This document shows, in pieces, positions 19,074 through 26,771 of a stretch of 64,000 bases of DNA. Both the position numbers and the translations under genes were made by a program. Position 1 is the stretch's first letter; every line of letters starts with the position of its first letter. Source of the DNA: an uncultured virus (IMG/VR IMGVR_UViG_3300030108_000125) (lineage: Duplodnaviria; Heunggongvirae; Uroviricota; Caudoviricetes); the IMG/VR virus record IMGVR_UViG_3300030108_000125, positions 1 to 64,000 of that record. One strand, 5' to 3'. The notes under the pieces were generated by a model. The model saw only the letters and a program-made list of their open reading frames with translations, ran no database searches and was not told where the DNA came from.

Positions 19074-19330
19074 TAAGTTATTGAAATCATTATAATGTTA
19101 GAATGTGAGAAACCGTGTGAGAAAAATTTAGGGGTTAAGTCATTGAAAACAAAGCAATGTGAGAATGTGAGAGTTTTTAAAGAGTATAAGATTTATTTAG
19201 TAGTAGTAGTGTGAGAGAGTTCTTGCGCGTATTCTACGCTTTGCTCTCTACCTTGAAATTTTCTCACATTCTCACATTCGTTTAAAATCAATGACTTACA
19301 CCCACCCATTTTCTCACATTCTCTCACATA
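19074..19330. other. Symmetric iteron/IHF-site element, putative replication origin
   Basis: Nine TGTGAGA heptamers (5 forward, 4 reverse), inverted arms symmetric about 19217, IHF-consensus AATCAATGACTTA at 19286-19298, AT-rich core. Confidence 0.55.
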
Positions 19331-19367
19331 CACTCATATACCGACTTATAATACTTTGTACGTTTTC

Positions 19368-19396
19368 TTGACATAAGGTGTTATATGTGATATAAC
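19368..19396 (+). promoter_or_regulatory. Strong early sigma70-like promoter
   Basis: TTGACA-N17-TATAAC with extended TGn. Confidence 0.8.
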
Positions 19397-19443
19397 CATA
19401 CTAGGCCATGACACTTGGTGACATTGCCTACCAACTGTAACCA

Positions 19444-19461
19444 TTCGGGCATATGCCCGAT
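19444..19461. repeat. Palindromic element copy 4
   Basis: TTCGGGCATATGCCCGAT. Confidence 0.95.
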
Positions 19462-19479
19462 CCAAACTTAGAGGTCACA

Positions 19480-19686
19480 ATGCCAAACAAATGCACATGC
19501 CCATCATGCGGCAACGATTATGACTACCGCCGCCGACAGTTAGGCTACAACTACTGCCTAGACTGCGGCGACATCCGCGCAGAGCAACAACGTCAGTCTT
19601 GGTGTGTCGTGCCACTGCCAAAGCAGGCATACACTCTCGTCACCCGCAAGTCTGACTTGCTGCACCTAAACCAGAAAACACGTTAA
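19480..19686 (+). CDS. Small C4 zinc-finger protein
   Basis: GAGG RBS, ATG 19480; CPSC...CLDC. Confidence 0.75.
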   Translation: MPNKCTCPSCGNDYDYRRRQLGYNYCLDCGDIRAEQQRQSWCVVPLPKQAYTLVTRKSDLLHLNQKTR

Positions 19687-19689
19687 CCA

Positions 19690-19707
19690 TTCGGGCATGT
19701 GCCCGAT
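19690..19707. repeat. Palindromic element copy 5
   Basis: TTCGGGCATGTGCCCGAT. Confidence 0.95.
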
Positions 19708-19726
19708 CAGACAAAAGGAGAAACAA

Positions 19727-20605
19727 ATGTCTGCACCATCAATATCATCCGCTGCTATGCTTGTTAAGTTTAGCGTAACCATACCGACATTCCGCAAGGG
19801 TGACCGTATTGCCACTGAGGAAGTTGCTACCAACAACGGCGCAGATCGCAAGCGCTTCAATCTAACCAAGTCGCTCATTGACAACAAAGAGTTCAAAGCT
19901 CTGAAGACCCATGTCGGTGATGTGCGTAACAACATATACTATGCACGAACCCAGCCGTGGGATGACAAGGGGCCACGCCTCTTGTCCAATGCAAACTACT
20001 TCGACTTTCACGAAAAGATGACCTATGCCATCGACCAAGGCAAAGACCTGTGGGATATATTTCTTGACACGTACGAGCACCAGCGTGACGTGGTTGCTCC
20101 TCGCGAGTTAGGTGATCTGTACGATCCACTGCAATATCCGTCACTGTCTGACTTACAACTGGATGGGTTCCACATGAACCTTGGATATTCAGGCATTGCC
20201 GAGGCTGGCGACTTTCGTTGTGACATCGGCAAGGAGGCTGTGGATTATGTAAGAAGTCAGATGCAGTCTGACAACGAGGCACGGGTTCAGGGTGCGATGA
20301 AAGATTTGTGGCATCAGTTACACGATCAGATACAGCGGTTCCTCAAGAACCTAGCTGTCGACGAAACCACAGGTAAGAAGGGTAAGATCAGCGATGGCAT
20401 CTTTGATCGTCTGGTCGCACTCACTGACATGTTACACACATGCAACTACACAAACGATCCGGACATGGACGCCATGCGCCGTAAACTATCGGTTACTCTG
20501 GATAGTGTCACAACAGATGCTATGCGCAATAGCCCAACTACACGTGAGAAAACACGTGAGAAACTAACCGAGGCACTGAACAGCCTTCCATCATTAGACA
20601 TATAA
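19727..20605 (+). CDS. DUF3150-like helical protein
   Basis: AGGAG RBS, ATG 19727; TQPWDDKGPRLL motif; precedes AAA+ and vWA genes. Confidence 0.5.
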   Translation: MSAPSISSAAMLVKFSVTIPTFRKGDRIATEEVATNNGADRKRFNLTKSLIDNKEFKALKTHVGDVRNNIYYARTQPWDDKGPRLLSNANYFDFHEKMTYAIDQGKDLWDIFLDTYEHQRDVVAPRELGDLYDPLQYPSLSDLQLDGFHMNLGYSGIAEAGDFRCDIGKEAVDYVRSQMQSDNEARVQGAMKDLWHQLHDQIQRFLKNLAVDETTGKKGKISDGIFDRLVALTDMLHTCNYTNDPDMDAMRRKLSVTLDSVTTDAMRNSPTTREKTREKLTEALNSLPSLDI

Positions 20606-20622
20606 TCGGGCAGATGCCCGAA
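20605..20622. repeat. Palindromic element copy 6
   Basis: ATCGGGCAGATGCCCGAA directly before AGGAG RBS. Confidence 0.95.
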
Positions 20623-20633
20623 AGGAGAACAAC

Positions 20634-21728
20634 ATGAATACCGCTAAACAAATGTACGCACTTGACATCCAAGAGACTGCCGACTTGATTACCATGATCG
20701 GCAGAGATCAGACCGTGATTGCCATTGGCAGCATGGGTCAGGGTAAATCAGCCATACTCGACATTGTGGCTAAAGAGTTACCCACACACAAACCGTTCTA
20801 CTTCGATTGCACTACCAAGGTCGATGCTGGCGACATGGGCTTACCCAGAATGAAAGAGGCGCAAGAGAAAGACTTCTTCACGCATGCCGTTGCTGAAGAG
20901 TTGGGCTTTCATCACGATGGCCCGATATGCCTGATGCTTGACGAGATCGGCAAGAACAAGTCGCTGCTTCCTGCCCTGCAACGGATCGCATACGAGAAGA
21001 AGTTTGGTATGCACGAACTGCACCCAGACAGCATTGTCTTTGCTACGACCAACAAGGCAAGCGAGGGTATGGGTGACGTGTTATCTGCACTCATGCGTAA
21101 CAGGACAACAGTCGTCACCATACGAAAGACCACAAATCTCAAGTGGTTGGAGTGGGCTATCGACAATGATATCGAACCTCTGTTGATGGGTTATGTCAAA
21201 GACCATCCAGAGTTGGGTGATGACTTCGAGGATATCAAAGACCCACAAGAAAACTTGAAGATATACCACCCGAAAGACCCATCGCGTCAATCGTTCTGGA
21301 CATGGCGCTCTGGTGAAGCCGCGTCAAAGATACTGAAGAAACGTCACATGATGAGCAATCACATGCTGACTGCGGCACTCATCGGTACTATCGGTGAGCA
21401 AGCGGCGGTGGAGTTGATGACTTTTGTCAACGTGGCGAAGGACATGCCATCTGCTGATGACATCAAGAACGATCCGAAAAACGCCAAGGTGCCAAGCTCT
21501 GCTGCGGCTGTGTGCATGACTGTGTTTCGCACGTTAAGCACAATAGATCGTGATTGGATGGACGCATGGATGACATACATGGACAGGCTCGACACCGAGG
21601 CGCAAGGTCTGTTTGTCAATGGCGCACGATCCGAAAAGTACAGCAAGCGTAACATCGTGATGCAGAACAAAAAGTTCGGTGAGTGGTCACGTCTGAACGG
21701 TTACATGTTCCAAGCGGATAAAGTGTAA
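20634..21728 (+). CDS. AAA+ ATPase (MoxR/AAA_5-like)
   Basis: Walker A GSMGQGKS, Walker B LMLDE, sensor ATTN, Arg finger ALMRNR. Confidence 0.85.
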   Translation: MNTAKQMYALDIQETADLITMIGRDQTVIAIGSMGQGKSAILDIVAKELPTHKPFYFDCTTKVDAGDMGLPRMKEAQEKDFFTHAVAEELGFHHDGPICLMLDEIGKNKSLLPALQRIAYEKKFGMHELHPDSIVFATTNKASEGMGDVLSALMRNRTTVVTIRKTTNLKWLEWAIDNDIEPLLMGYVKDHPELGDDFEDIKDPQENLKIYHPKDPSRQSFWTWRSGEAASKILKKRHMMSNHMLTAALIGTIGEQAAVELMTFVNVAKDMPSADDIKNDPKNAKVPSSAAAVCMTVFRTLSTIDRDWMDAWMTYMDRLDTEAQGLFVNGARSEKYSKRNIVMQNKKFGEWSRLNGYMFQADKV

Positions 21729-21880
21729 TGGATTGGTATCTGATGAAAGAGAACGGTGACACGTTCTGGACGCAATGTGAGAGCCGCGAACAGGCTCTTG
21801 CAGATGCACAGTTGTGGAATGCAGAGTTAGTGCGACAAGCCACCATAGTTGAAACACATTACCTAGAAGAGGAGGAGTGA
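21728..21880 (+). CDS. 50-aa hypothetical protein (MDWYLMKENG...ELVRQATIVETHYLEEEE)
   Basis: Hand-translated; TAATG and TGATG coupling at both ends. Confidence 0.6.
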   Translation: MDWYLMKENGDTFWTQCESREQALADAQLWNAELVRQATIVETHYLEEEE

Positions 21881-22188
21881 TGTTGGCGCACAACTCGACC
21901 AGTTTTGCGAAACGCATCGACAGCAGTGGTAATGTGGGGATTGGTACCGAGTTAGTACGACAAGTTACCATAGGTGAAATACATTACCTAGAAGGAGAAA
22001 CAATGAAATACGAAATCAAAGTCGAAGTAGTGATATGGGGTATAGATGCCGCAAACGTGGATGAGGCTGAGTATATCGCAAGCTCTACTCTGTATACACC
22101 GCGATGGTGGGAAGAGGTGAAGCACAAGATCAACGTTAAACGTGTTATGTCAATCGGGCATCTGCCCGAACGGAAAGAGGAGAAGTAA
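21880..22188 (+). CDS. Chimeric small protein containing a tail-fibre RIDSSGNVGIGT motif (internal start at 22003 possible)
   Basis: GAGGAG RBS; in-frame fibre motif plus a duplicate of the upstream gene's C-terminus. Confidence 0.55.
   Translation: MLAHNSTSFAKRIDSSGNVGIGTELVRQVTIGEIHYLEGETMKYEIKVEVVIWGIDAANVDEAEYIASSTLYTPRWWEEVKHKINVKRVMSIGHLPERKEEK
22153..22170. repeat. Palindromic element copy 7
   Basis: ATCGGGCATCTGCCCGAA before GAGGAG RBS. Confidence 0.95.
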
Positions 22189-23448
22189 ATGTTTCAAGCA
22201 AATATGACATTGGAAGAGCGCATGTCGAGAGCGACAGTCGCTTGGATGAGAAAGGAGCCAGCACTCGCTGGTGTCCTGATGATCGGTGAAACGTATCTGG
22301 AGAAAACTTTTAGAGGCAAAGAGTTCACCGCATGCACAAACGGACGTGACGAATGGTATTGCCGCTCATTCATGGAAGCACTCAACGATCCACAGATACG
22401 GTTCGTCAAGATACATGAGGTGTACCACAAGATGTATCGACACCCGACAACATGGGGTCACTTGGCTAAGATCAACGCACGGCTTGCCAATATTGCGATG
22501 GACCACGTGATTAACAATCAGATCATGGAAGCCTATGGCAAGGATGGGTTCGTTGAGATGCCCGAGAACATTACCTACGGTGACGGTCAGTTCTTCAATG
22601 AATGCTGCTGTGATCCACAGTTTGCAGGGTGGGATACTGCCAAAGTATTCTGGCATCTGTATAAAGAGTTAGGTGAAGATGACGAAGGTGATCCCGGTAA
22701 TAAGGGTCAGAATGGTGACGGTGAAACAGGTCAGATGTTTGACGAGATTGACTTTGACGGCGCTGAAGAACTGACACGCGAAGAAAGGCAGGAGTTGGAG
22801 CGTGAGATTGACGAGGCACTGCGCCAAGGTGCGTTGGTCGCTGGCAAGATGGGCAGTGGTGGCAACCGTGACATTGACGAGTTACTTCAGCCCAAGATTG
22901 ATTGGCGCGAGGCGTTTCGTGAATGGTTCACTGCAACCTGTGCTGGCAGGGATCAGAGTACATGGCGTAGACCTAACAGACGATACCTAGCAAGCGGACA
23001 CTACATGCCATCTCAGATCAGTGAGACCGTTGCGTCTGTGCATTGCAGCAATGACATGTCTGGGTCTATCGGCGATGCCGAGGCTAAGATCATGGTGACA
23101 GAGACGGTCAACATATGTGAGACTGTATTTCCTGACGAGTTACACATAACCTATTGGGATACCGAGGTCTGCGGTTACGAGAAGTATGACAACACCGAGC
23201 TTGACACTGTGGCTGAACGCACGAAACCTGTGGGTGGTGGCGGCACTGACCCGACAGTTGTGCCTGAGTTTCTCAAGGAGAAAGACATAAAGCCAGAGGC
23301 TACGGTTGTCTTAACAGATGGTTACTTCTGGGGTGGCTGGGGTGATTGGGATCATCCAGTGTTGTGGGTTATCATCGACAACAAAGGGGCCAAGCCGCCG
23401 TTTGGTTCTGTAATACACGTTAGCAGAGAGGACTTTATGAATGGCTGA
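22189..23448 (+). CDS. DUF2201-like metallopeptidase-vWA protein
   Basis: HEVYH (HExxH) followed by NIAMD; MIDAS DMSGS, GGGGTD, VLTDG. Confidence 0.85.
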   Translation: MFQANMTLEERMSRATVAWMRKEPALAGVLMIGETYLEKTFRGKEFTACTNGRDEWYCRSFMEALNDPQIRFVKIHEVYHKMYRHPTTWGHLAKINARLANIAMDHVINNQIMEAYGKDGFVEMPENITYGDGQFFNECCCDPQFAGWDTAKVFWHLYKELGEDDEGDPGNKGQNGDGETGQMFDEIDFDGAEELTREERQELEREIDEALRQGALVAGKMGSGGNRDIDELLQPKIDWREAFREWFTATCAGRDQSTWRRPNRRYLASGHYMPSQISETVASVHCSNDMSGSIGDAEAKIMVTETVNICETVFPDELHITYWDTEVCGYEKYDNTELDTVAERTKPVGGGGTDPTVVPEFLKEKDIKPEATVVLTDGYFWGGWGDWDHPVLWVIIDNKGAKPPFGSVIHVSREDFMNG

Positions 23449-23707
23449 CAAAGACACACTGAGAATTTGTGACATAGTTTTTCAGATGAATGACGAGGGT
23501 GCCGCTTGCGGCATCCAATTCTCTGATGAATTTATGGCTCAAAGTGAAGAGTTGCAGGGCGCGATGATCGACGCGATGCAAGCAACCGTGAACAATTTTG
23601 TGGAGCGGTCAGGCATGGTTATGAAAGACGATGACATAGATATGGCAACCCAAGATGCGGCTAACTTCTTAGATAGTTGCGTCAAGAAACAAAGAGGTAA
23701 AATATAA
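23441..23707 (+). CDS. Hypothetical protein
   Basis: Coupled ORF with GAGGA RBS. Confidence 0.65.
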   Translation: MADKDTLRICDIVFQMNDEGAACGIQFSDEFMAQSEELQGAMIDAMQATVNNFVERSGMVMKDDDIDMATQDAANFLDSCVKKQRGKI

Positions 23708-23880
23708 TGAATGATGGGCCATACAAATGTGTTGACGATGAGCCATTGGGTGATTGGCACGACACAGAAAACAAAAGCGGATGCTATTGCGTAGTTTGTC
23801 TCATCTGCGTGAAAGAAGAATACTTTACGGATGGCGTGTGTGGTCGATGCAACTTCGATGATCCATGCACATACACATAA
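23707..23880 (+). CDS. 57-aa Cys-rich peptide
   Basis: Hand-translated MNDGPYKC...CYCVVCLIC...CGRC; TAATG coupling. Confidence 0.55.
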   Translation: MNDGPYKCVDDEPLGDWHDTENKSGCYCVVCLICVKEEYFTDGVCGRCNFDDPCTYT

Positions 23881-23899
23881 CATATGGAGGTAAAATGTA

Positions 23900-23998
23900 A
23901 TGGACGATAAACCAGATTGGCAGGACAAAGTTATCTTTGTGATTATTATCACACTCGCAATCGTGTTAATATTCCTAACCAGTATAGGTGTGATATGA
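23900..23998 (+). CDS. 32-aa single-pass membrane peptide
   Basis: GGAGG RBS; MDDKPDWQDKVIFVIIITLAIVLIFLTSIGVI; ATGA coupling to the next gene. Confidence 0.55.
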   Translation: MDDKPDWQDKVIFVIIITLAIVLIFLTSIGVI

Positions 23999-24264
23999 TT
24001 GAGTTTTTTACCGTGTTGATCCTGACGTATCACATACAAGGTGAAGCGCACCACACTACGGTCCTCTATGACACAGAGGACAGGTGCCAAGAAGCTATGG
24101 ACAGAGGCGTGATGCTGCCTCTGTATAACCAACTATACGATCTGTATGGCAACGATACGATGATGCGTTGTTACGTGACAGAGGAGGTATCTAAATACCC
24201 GATAAGACCAAGACGTAAACCATTAATCGGGCAGATGCCCGAACCAAAAGAGGAGAATAACTAA
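23995..24264 (+). CDS. Hypothetical protein with hydrophobic N-terminus
   Basis: Probable start MIEFFTVLIL at 23995. Confidence 0.6.
   Translation: MIEFFTVLILTYHIQGEAHHTTVLYDTEDRCQEAMDRGVMLPLYNQLYDLYGNDTMMRCYVTEEVSKYPIRPRRKPLIGQMPEPKEENN
24226..24243. repeat. Palindromic element copy 8
   Basis: ATCGGGCAGATGCCCGAA before GAGGAG RBS. Confidence 0.95.
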
Positions 24265-25214
24265 TGGGCTGGGCAAACATAAATCACGAAGTGGTACATA
24301 AAGCTACTAAAGAACACGATAGTATCATTGACACCTACATAACAAACCCTGTAAGTGGCACCCGAAATCAAAACACCATCACTGCTCTGGAGTATGCCAA
24401 GCTTGTGTGTAAGGAGTTACGTGGTGCGTCTTACGCAATGAAAGACCACACGTCGGTGTGGATATACCGTGAAGGTGATATCCATGTCATGGGCTGGGTT
24501 GGTTATGGCGATTGGCAGACAACAAAGACCTCAGAATATCAGTTTGTTGTGTATGCTCCGTTCCACGAAAACCACAAATACCGAGAAGAGGGTATTCAAC
24601 ACCATATGGCTATGTTTAACGACAGAGACAAAGCTATCAAGAAAGCCAAGGCTCTGTTCAGAAGTTACACGGTTGGCGAAAGTGCCTGTGCACTGAATGG
24701 TAAGTCTGCCAGTAAGATCACTGATGTGCAAAGCGTTGCGACTAAAGCGTACAAAGAAGCAGGCAAATATCTGGACATACATATAAGTAGTTACGGCGCA
24801 GGCAAGCACGTATTGATAGACGAGTTCAAAGCATTGTTGGCGTCTGGACATTCGTTCTTACGAGCCGAGGTCGGTATTAATATGAAAGCGTTCTGCGATG
24901 CGTATGATCTGTTCAAGAAGCGTAACGCATCAGAGATACCTATGATGTATGTCGATATGGTCACCGATAGGTTTGGTGACAAGATATACAGATTGGCACG
25001 GCTGAAGAACGGACGACACTACGGCCCGAACCCCTACAGAGAGGTAACAAGTGAGGAGCATTGCCAACAGTCGGATGTTCCTCAGTGGGTTGTGGATCGT
25101 GTGTCTACATTGCAGATCGTTGATGATGGCACCTATGTTGAAGGCGTTGGTTACAAACACTTCGATAACGCGTACACAATTCATGTCGACGAGGTAAATC
25201 CCTTTGTCGATTAA
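24264..25214 (+). CDS. Early hypothetical protein
   Basis: 316-aa ORF with strong RBS. Confidence 0.8.
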   Translation: MGWANINHEVVHKATKEHDSIIDTYITNPVSGTRNQNTITALEYAKLVCKELRGASYAMKDHTSVWIYREGDIHVMGWVGYGDWQTTKTSEYQFVVYAPFHENHKYREEGIQHHMAMFNDRDKAIKKAKALFRSYTVGESACALNGKSASKITDVQSVATKAYKEAGKYLDIHISSYGAGKHVLIDEFKALLASGHSFLRAEVGINMKAFCDAYDLFKKRNASEIPMMYVDMVTDRFGDKIYRLARLKNGRHYGPNPYREVTSEEHCQQSDVPQWVVDRVSTLQIVDDGTYVEGVGYKHFDNAYTIHVDEVNPFVD

Positions 25215-25509
25215 TATGTATGCACCAACCGCAGTGGGAATGATGGAGCATGACATCGCATGCCATGTTGTGATACGTCCTGTATCTAACTATGTTCATA
25301 TACGATGCCTAAAAGGTTTAACACTTGACAATGATATTAGAAAACACTATCTGTCACTTGATGATACCCCTGAGTGGATACGCCATAGAGTTTACGCCTT
25401 GTCAGTTTTAGACCCCGATGAAAACCAGATTGTGGAGAACGTGGGCGTGCGTTCAGCGCCTGATACATTTTGGGTATTTAAAAAATCAATCGGGCAGATG
25501 CCCGAATAA
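25204..25509 (+). CDS. Hypothetical protein
   Basis: PEWIRHRVYALSVL..VENVGVR resembles the C-terminus of the upstream protein (PQWVVDRVSTLQIV..VEGVGYK). Confidence 0.65.
   Translation: MSINMYAPTAVGMMEHDIACHVVIRPVSNYVHIRCLKGLTLDNDIRKHYLSLDDTPEWIRHRVYALSVLDPDENQIVENVGVRSAPDTFWVFKKSIGQMPE
25489..25506. repeat. Palindromic element copy 9
   Basis: ATCGGGCAGATGCCCGAA. Confidence 0.95.
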
Positions 25510-25515
25510 AAAATT

Positions 25516-25555
25516 CACACCACCTCTGATATTATTCGGGGTGGTGTGTTATAAT
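25516..25555 (+). promoter_or_regulatory. 11-bp hairpin fused to an extended -10 (TGtTATAAT)
   Basis: CACACCACCTC...GGGGTGGTGTG then TTATAAT; GAGGAG RBS follows. Confidence 0.5.
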
Positions 25556-25569
25556 GTGAGGAGAATAAT

Positions 25570-26274
25570 ATGGGGGTGTTACCCTGTTATGCCAATGGCA
25601 AACAGACTGCACGTGTGACGTGTGACTGTTGCGGCAAAGAGGTAGTGATTGGTATACCTACCACCAACTATCATAGAAATATGACGCCTAGTCGAAGAGC
25701 TAAAATAGCGGCTGAAGTAAAGACAAGTAAACCAGTTGTCCAAAAAATGAGGTCAGTTGGCTGGGTTGTAAACAAGGCCAAAGTTGTTTGTAATACTTGC
25801 GTCAAAAAAGGTAATGAGGAAAAAATGAACCAGAAAATTAGTGTGAAGAAGGTAGCGTCCACTGTTACGAAAATCGAACCCAACATGAAATCCACTCCTG
25901 CACAACGGCGTGAAATACGTAAGTGGTTAGATGATTTATACGACGTTGACAGGTGTTGTTATAAAGAAAATAACTCTGACCACAGTGTGGCTGATCTATG
26001 TGATGGTAAGGTGTTATGGGGTTGGGTTAAAGAAATCCGAGAAGCCGACTACGGCGAGGGCGGTGGTAATGAAGAAGCTAGCCTGATGGTAAAAGAAGTT
26101 AAGAAGCTGTCTGATGCCATAGATACAGCACTGGTTACCAGTGAGGTAGCACAACAGGATTTTCGTAAAGCCTATGAAGCTAACGCTGCTAAAATGCAGA
26201 AAGCACATGATGGGTTACAGGCACGGCACAAAGAAGTAAATGAACTTATCAAAAAGATAAAGTTAAAGGGATAA
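25570..26274 (+). CDS. Hypothetical protein with CxxC..CxxC and C-terminal coiled coil
   Basis: CDCC...CNTC; GAGGAG RBS. Confidence 0.7.
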   Translation: MGVLPCYANGKQTARVTCDCCGKEVVIGIPTTNYHRNMTPSRRAKIAAEVKTSKPVVQKMRSVGWVVNKAKVVCNTCVKKGNEEKMNQKISVKKVASTVTKIEPNMKSTPAQRREIRKWLDDLYDVDRCCYKENNSDHSVADLCDGKVLWGWVKEIREADYGEGGGNEEASLMVKEVKKLSDAIDTALVTSEVAQQDFRKAYEANAAKMQKAHDGLQARHKEVNELIKKIKLKG

Positions 26275-26275
26275 C

Positions 26276-26569
26276 ATGACACCCGAAGCGAAAGTTAAAA
26301 AGAAAGCGGTACAGATACTCAAAGAGTTGAGCGCCTATTACTTCTACCCTGTTACTGGTGGTTATGGGCGCAGTGGTGTGCCTGATATAATAGTTTGTTA
26401 TAGGGGTTTATTTATTGGTATCGAATGCAAAGCTGGCAAGAATAAACCCACGCCGTTACAAGAAAAGAATATGGAGGACATACACAAGGCAGGTGGCGTT
26501 GCGCTTGTCATCAATGAGGATAACGTATCACGTCTAAGCAGAATACTGTTTGATTTATCGTCCGGTTAG
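26276..26569 (+). CDS. VRR-NUC domain nuclease
   Basis: MTPEAKVK..GVPDII..FIGIECKA..TPLQ..GG pattern. Confidence 0.85.
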   Translation: MTPEAKVKKKAVQILKELSAYYFYPVTGGYGRSGVPDIIVCYRGLFIGIECKAGKNKPTPLQEKNMEDIHKAGGVALVINEDNVSRLSRILFDLSSG

Positions 26570-26584
26570 TTTGGTTCCGAGGCG

Positions 26585-26725
26585 ATGGGGGTAGAGCCGT
26601 GAGAGACCCCTACATTGAAATATCCACGGCAGTAAGAGGTGTGCATCCTTTCGAGAGTACCTCTAGCACATTGATCTTACACTGGTTCGCAGGGTGGCTT
26701 TGGCTGCTCTGCGATACCAGTTTCC
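26585..26725 (+). ncRNA. Candidate structured intergenic RNA
   Basis: H-type pseudoknot plus two long hairpins in a 200-nt intergenic gap. Confidence 0.4.
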
Positions 26726-26734
26726 AAAAATGTA

Positions 26735-26752
26735 ATCGGGCATATGCCCGAA
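26735..26752. repeat. Palindromic element copy 10
   Basis: ATCGGGCATATGCCCGAA before AGGAG RBS. Confidence 0.95.
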
Positions 26753-26771
26753 TGAAAAATAGGAGAACGAC

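Noticed and set aside
19348..19361. ATAATACTTTGTAC shared with 31981-31994
   Set aside because: Both are intergenic, but a single 14-mer match is expected by chance in 64 kb
20539..20565. CACGTGAGAAA tandem as extra parS sites
   Set aside because: Lacks the GTTT/C left arm; explained by TREKTREK coding
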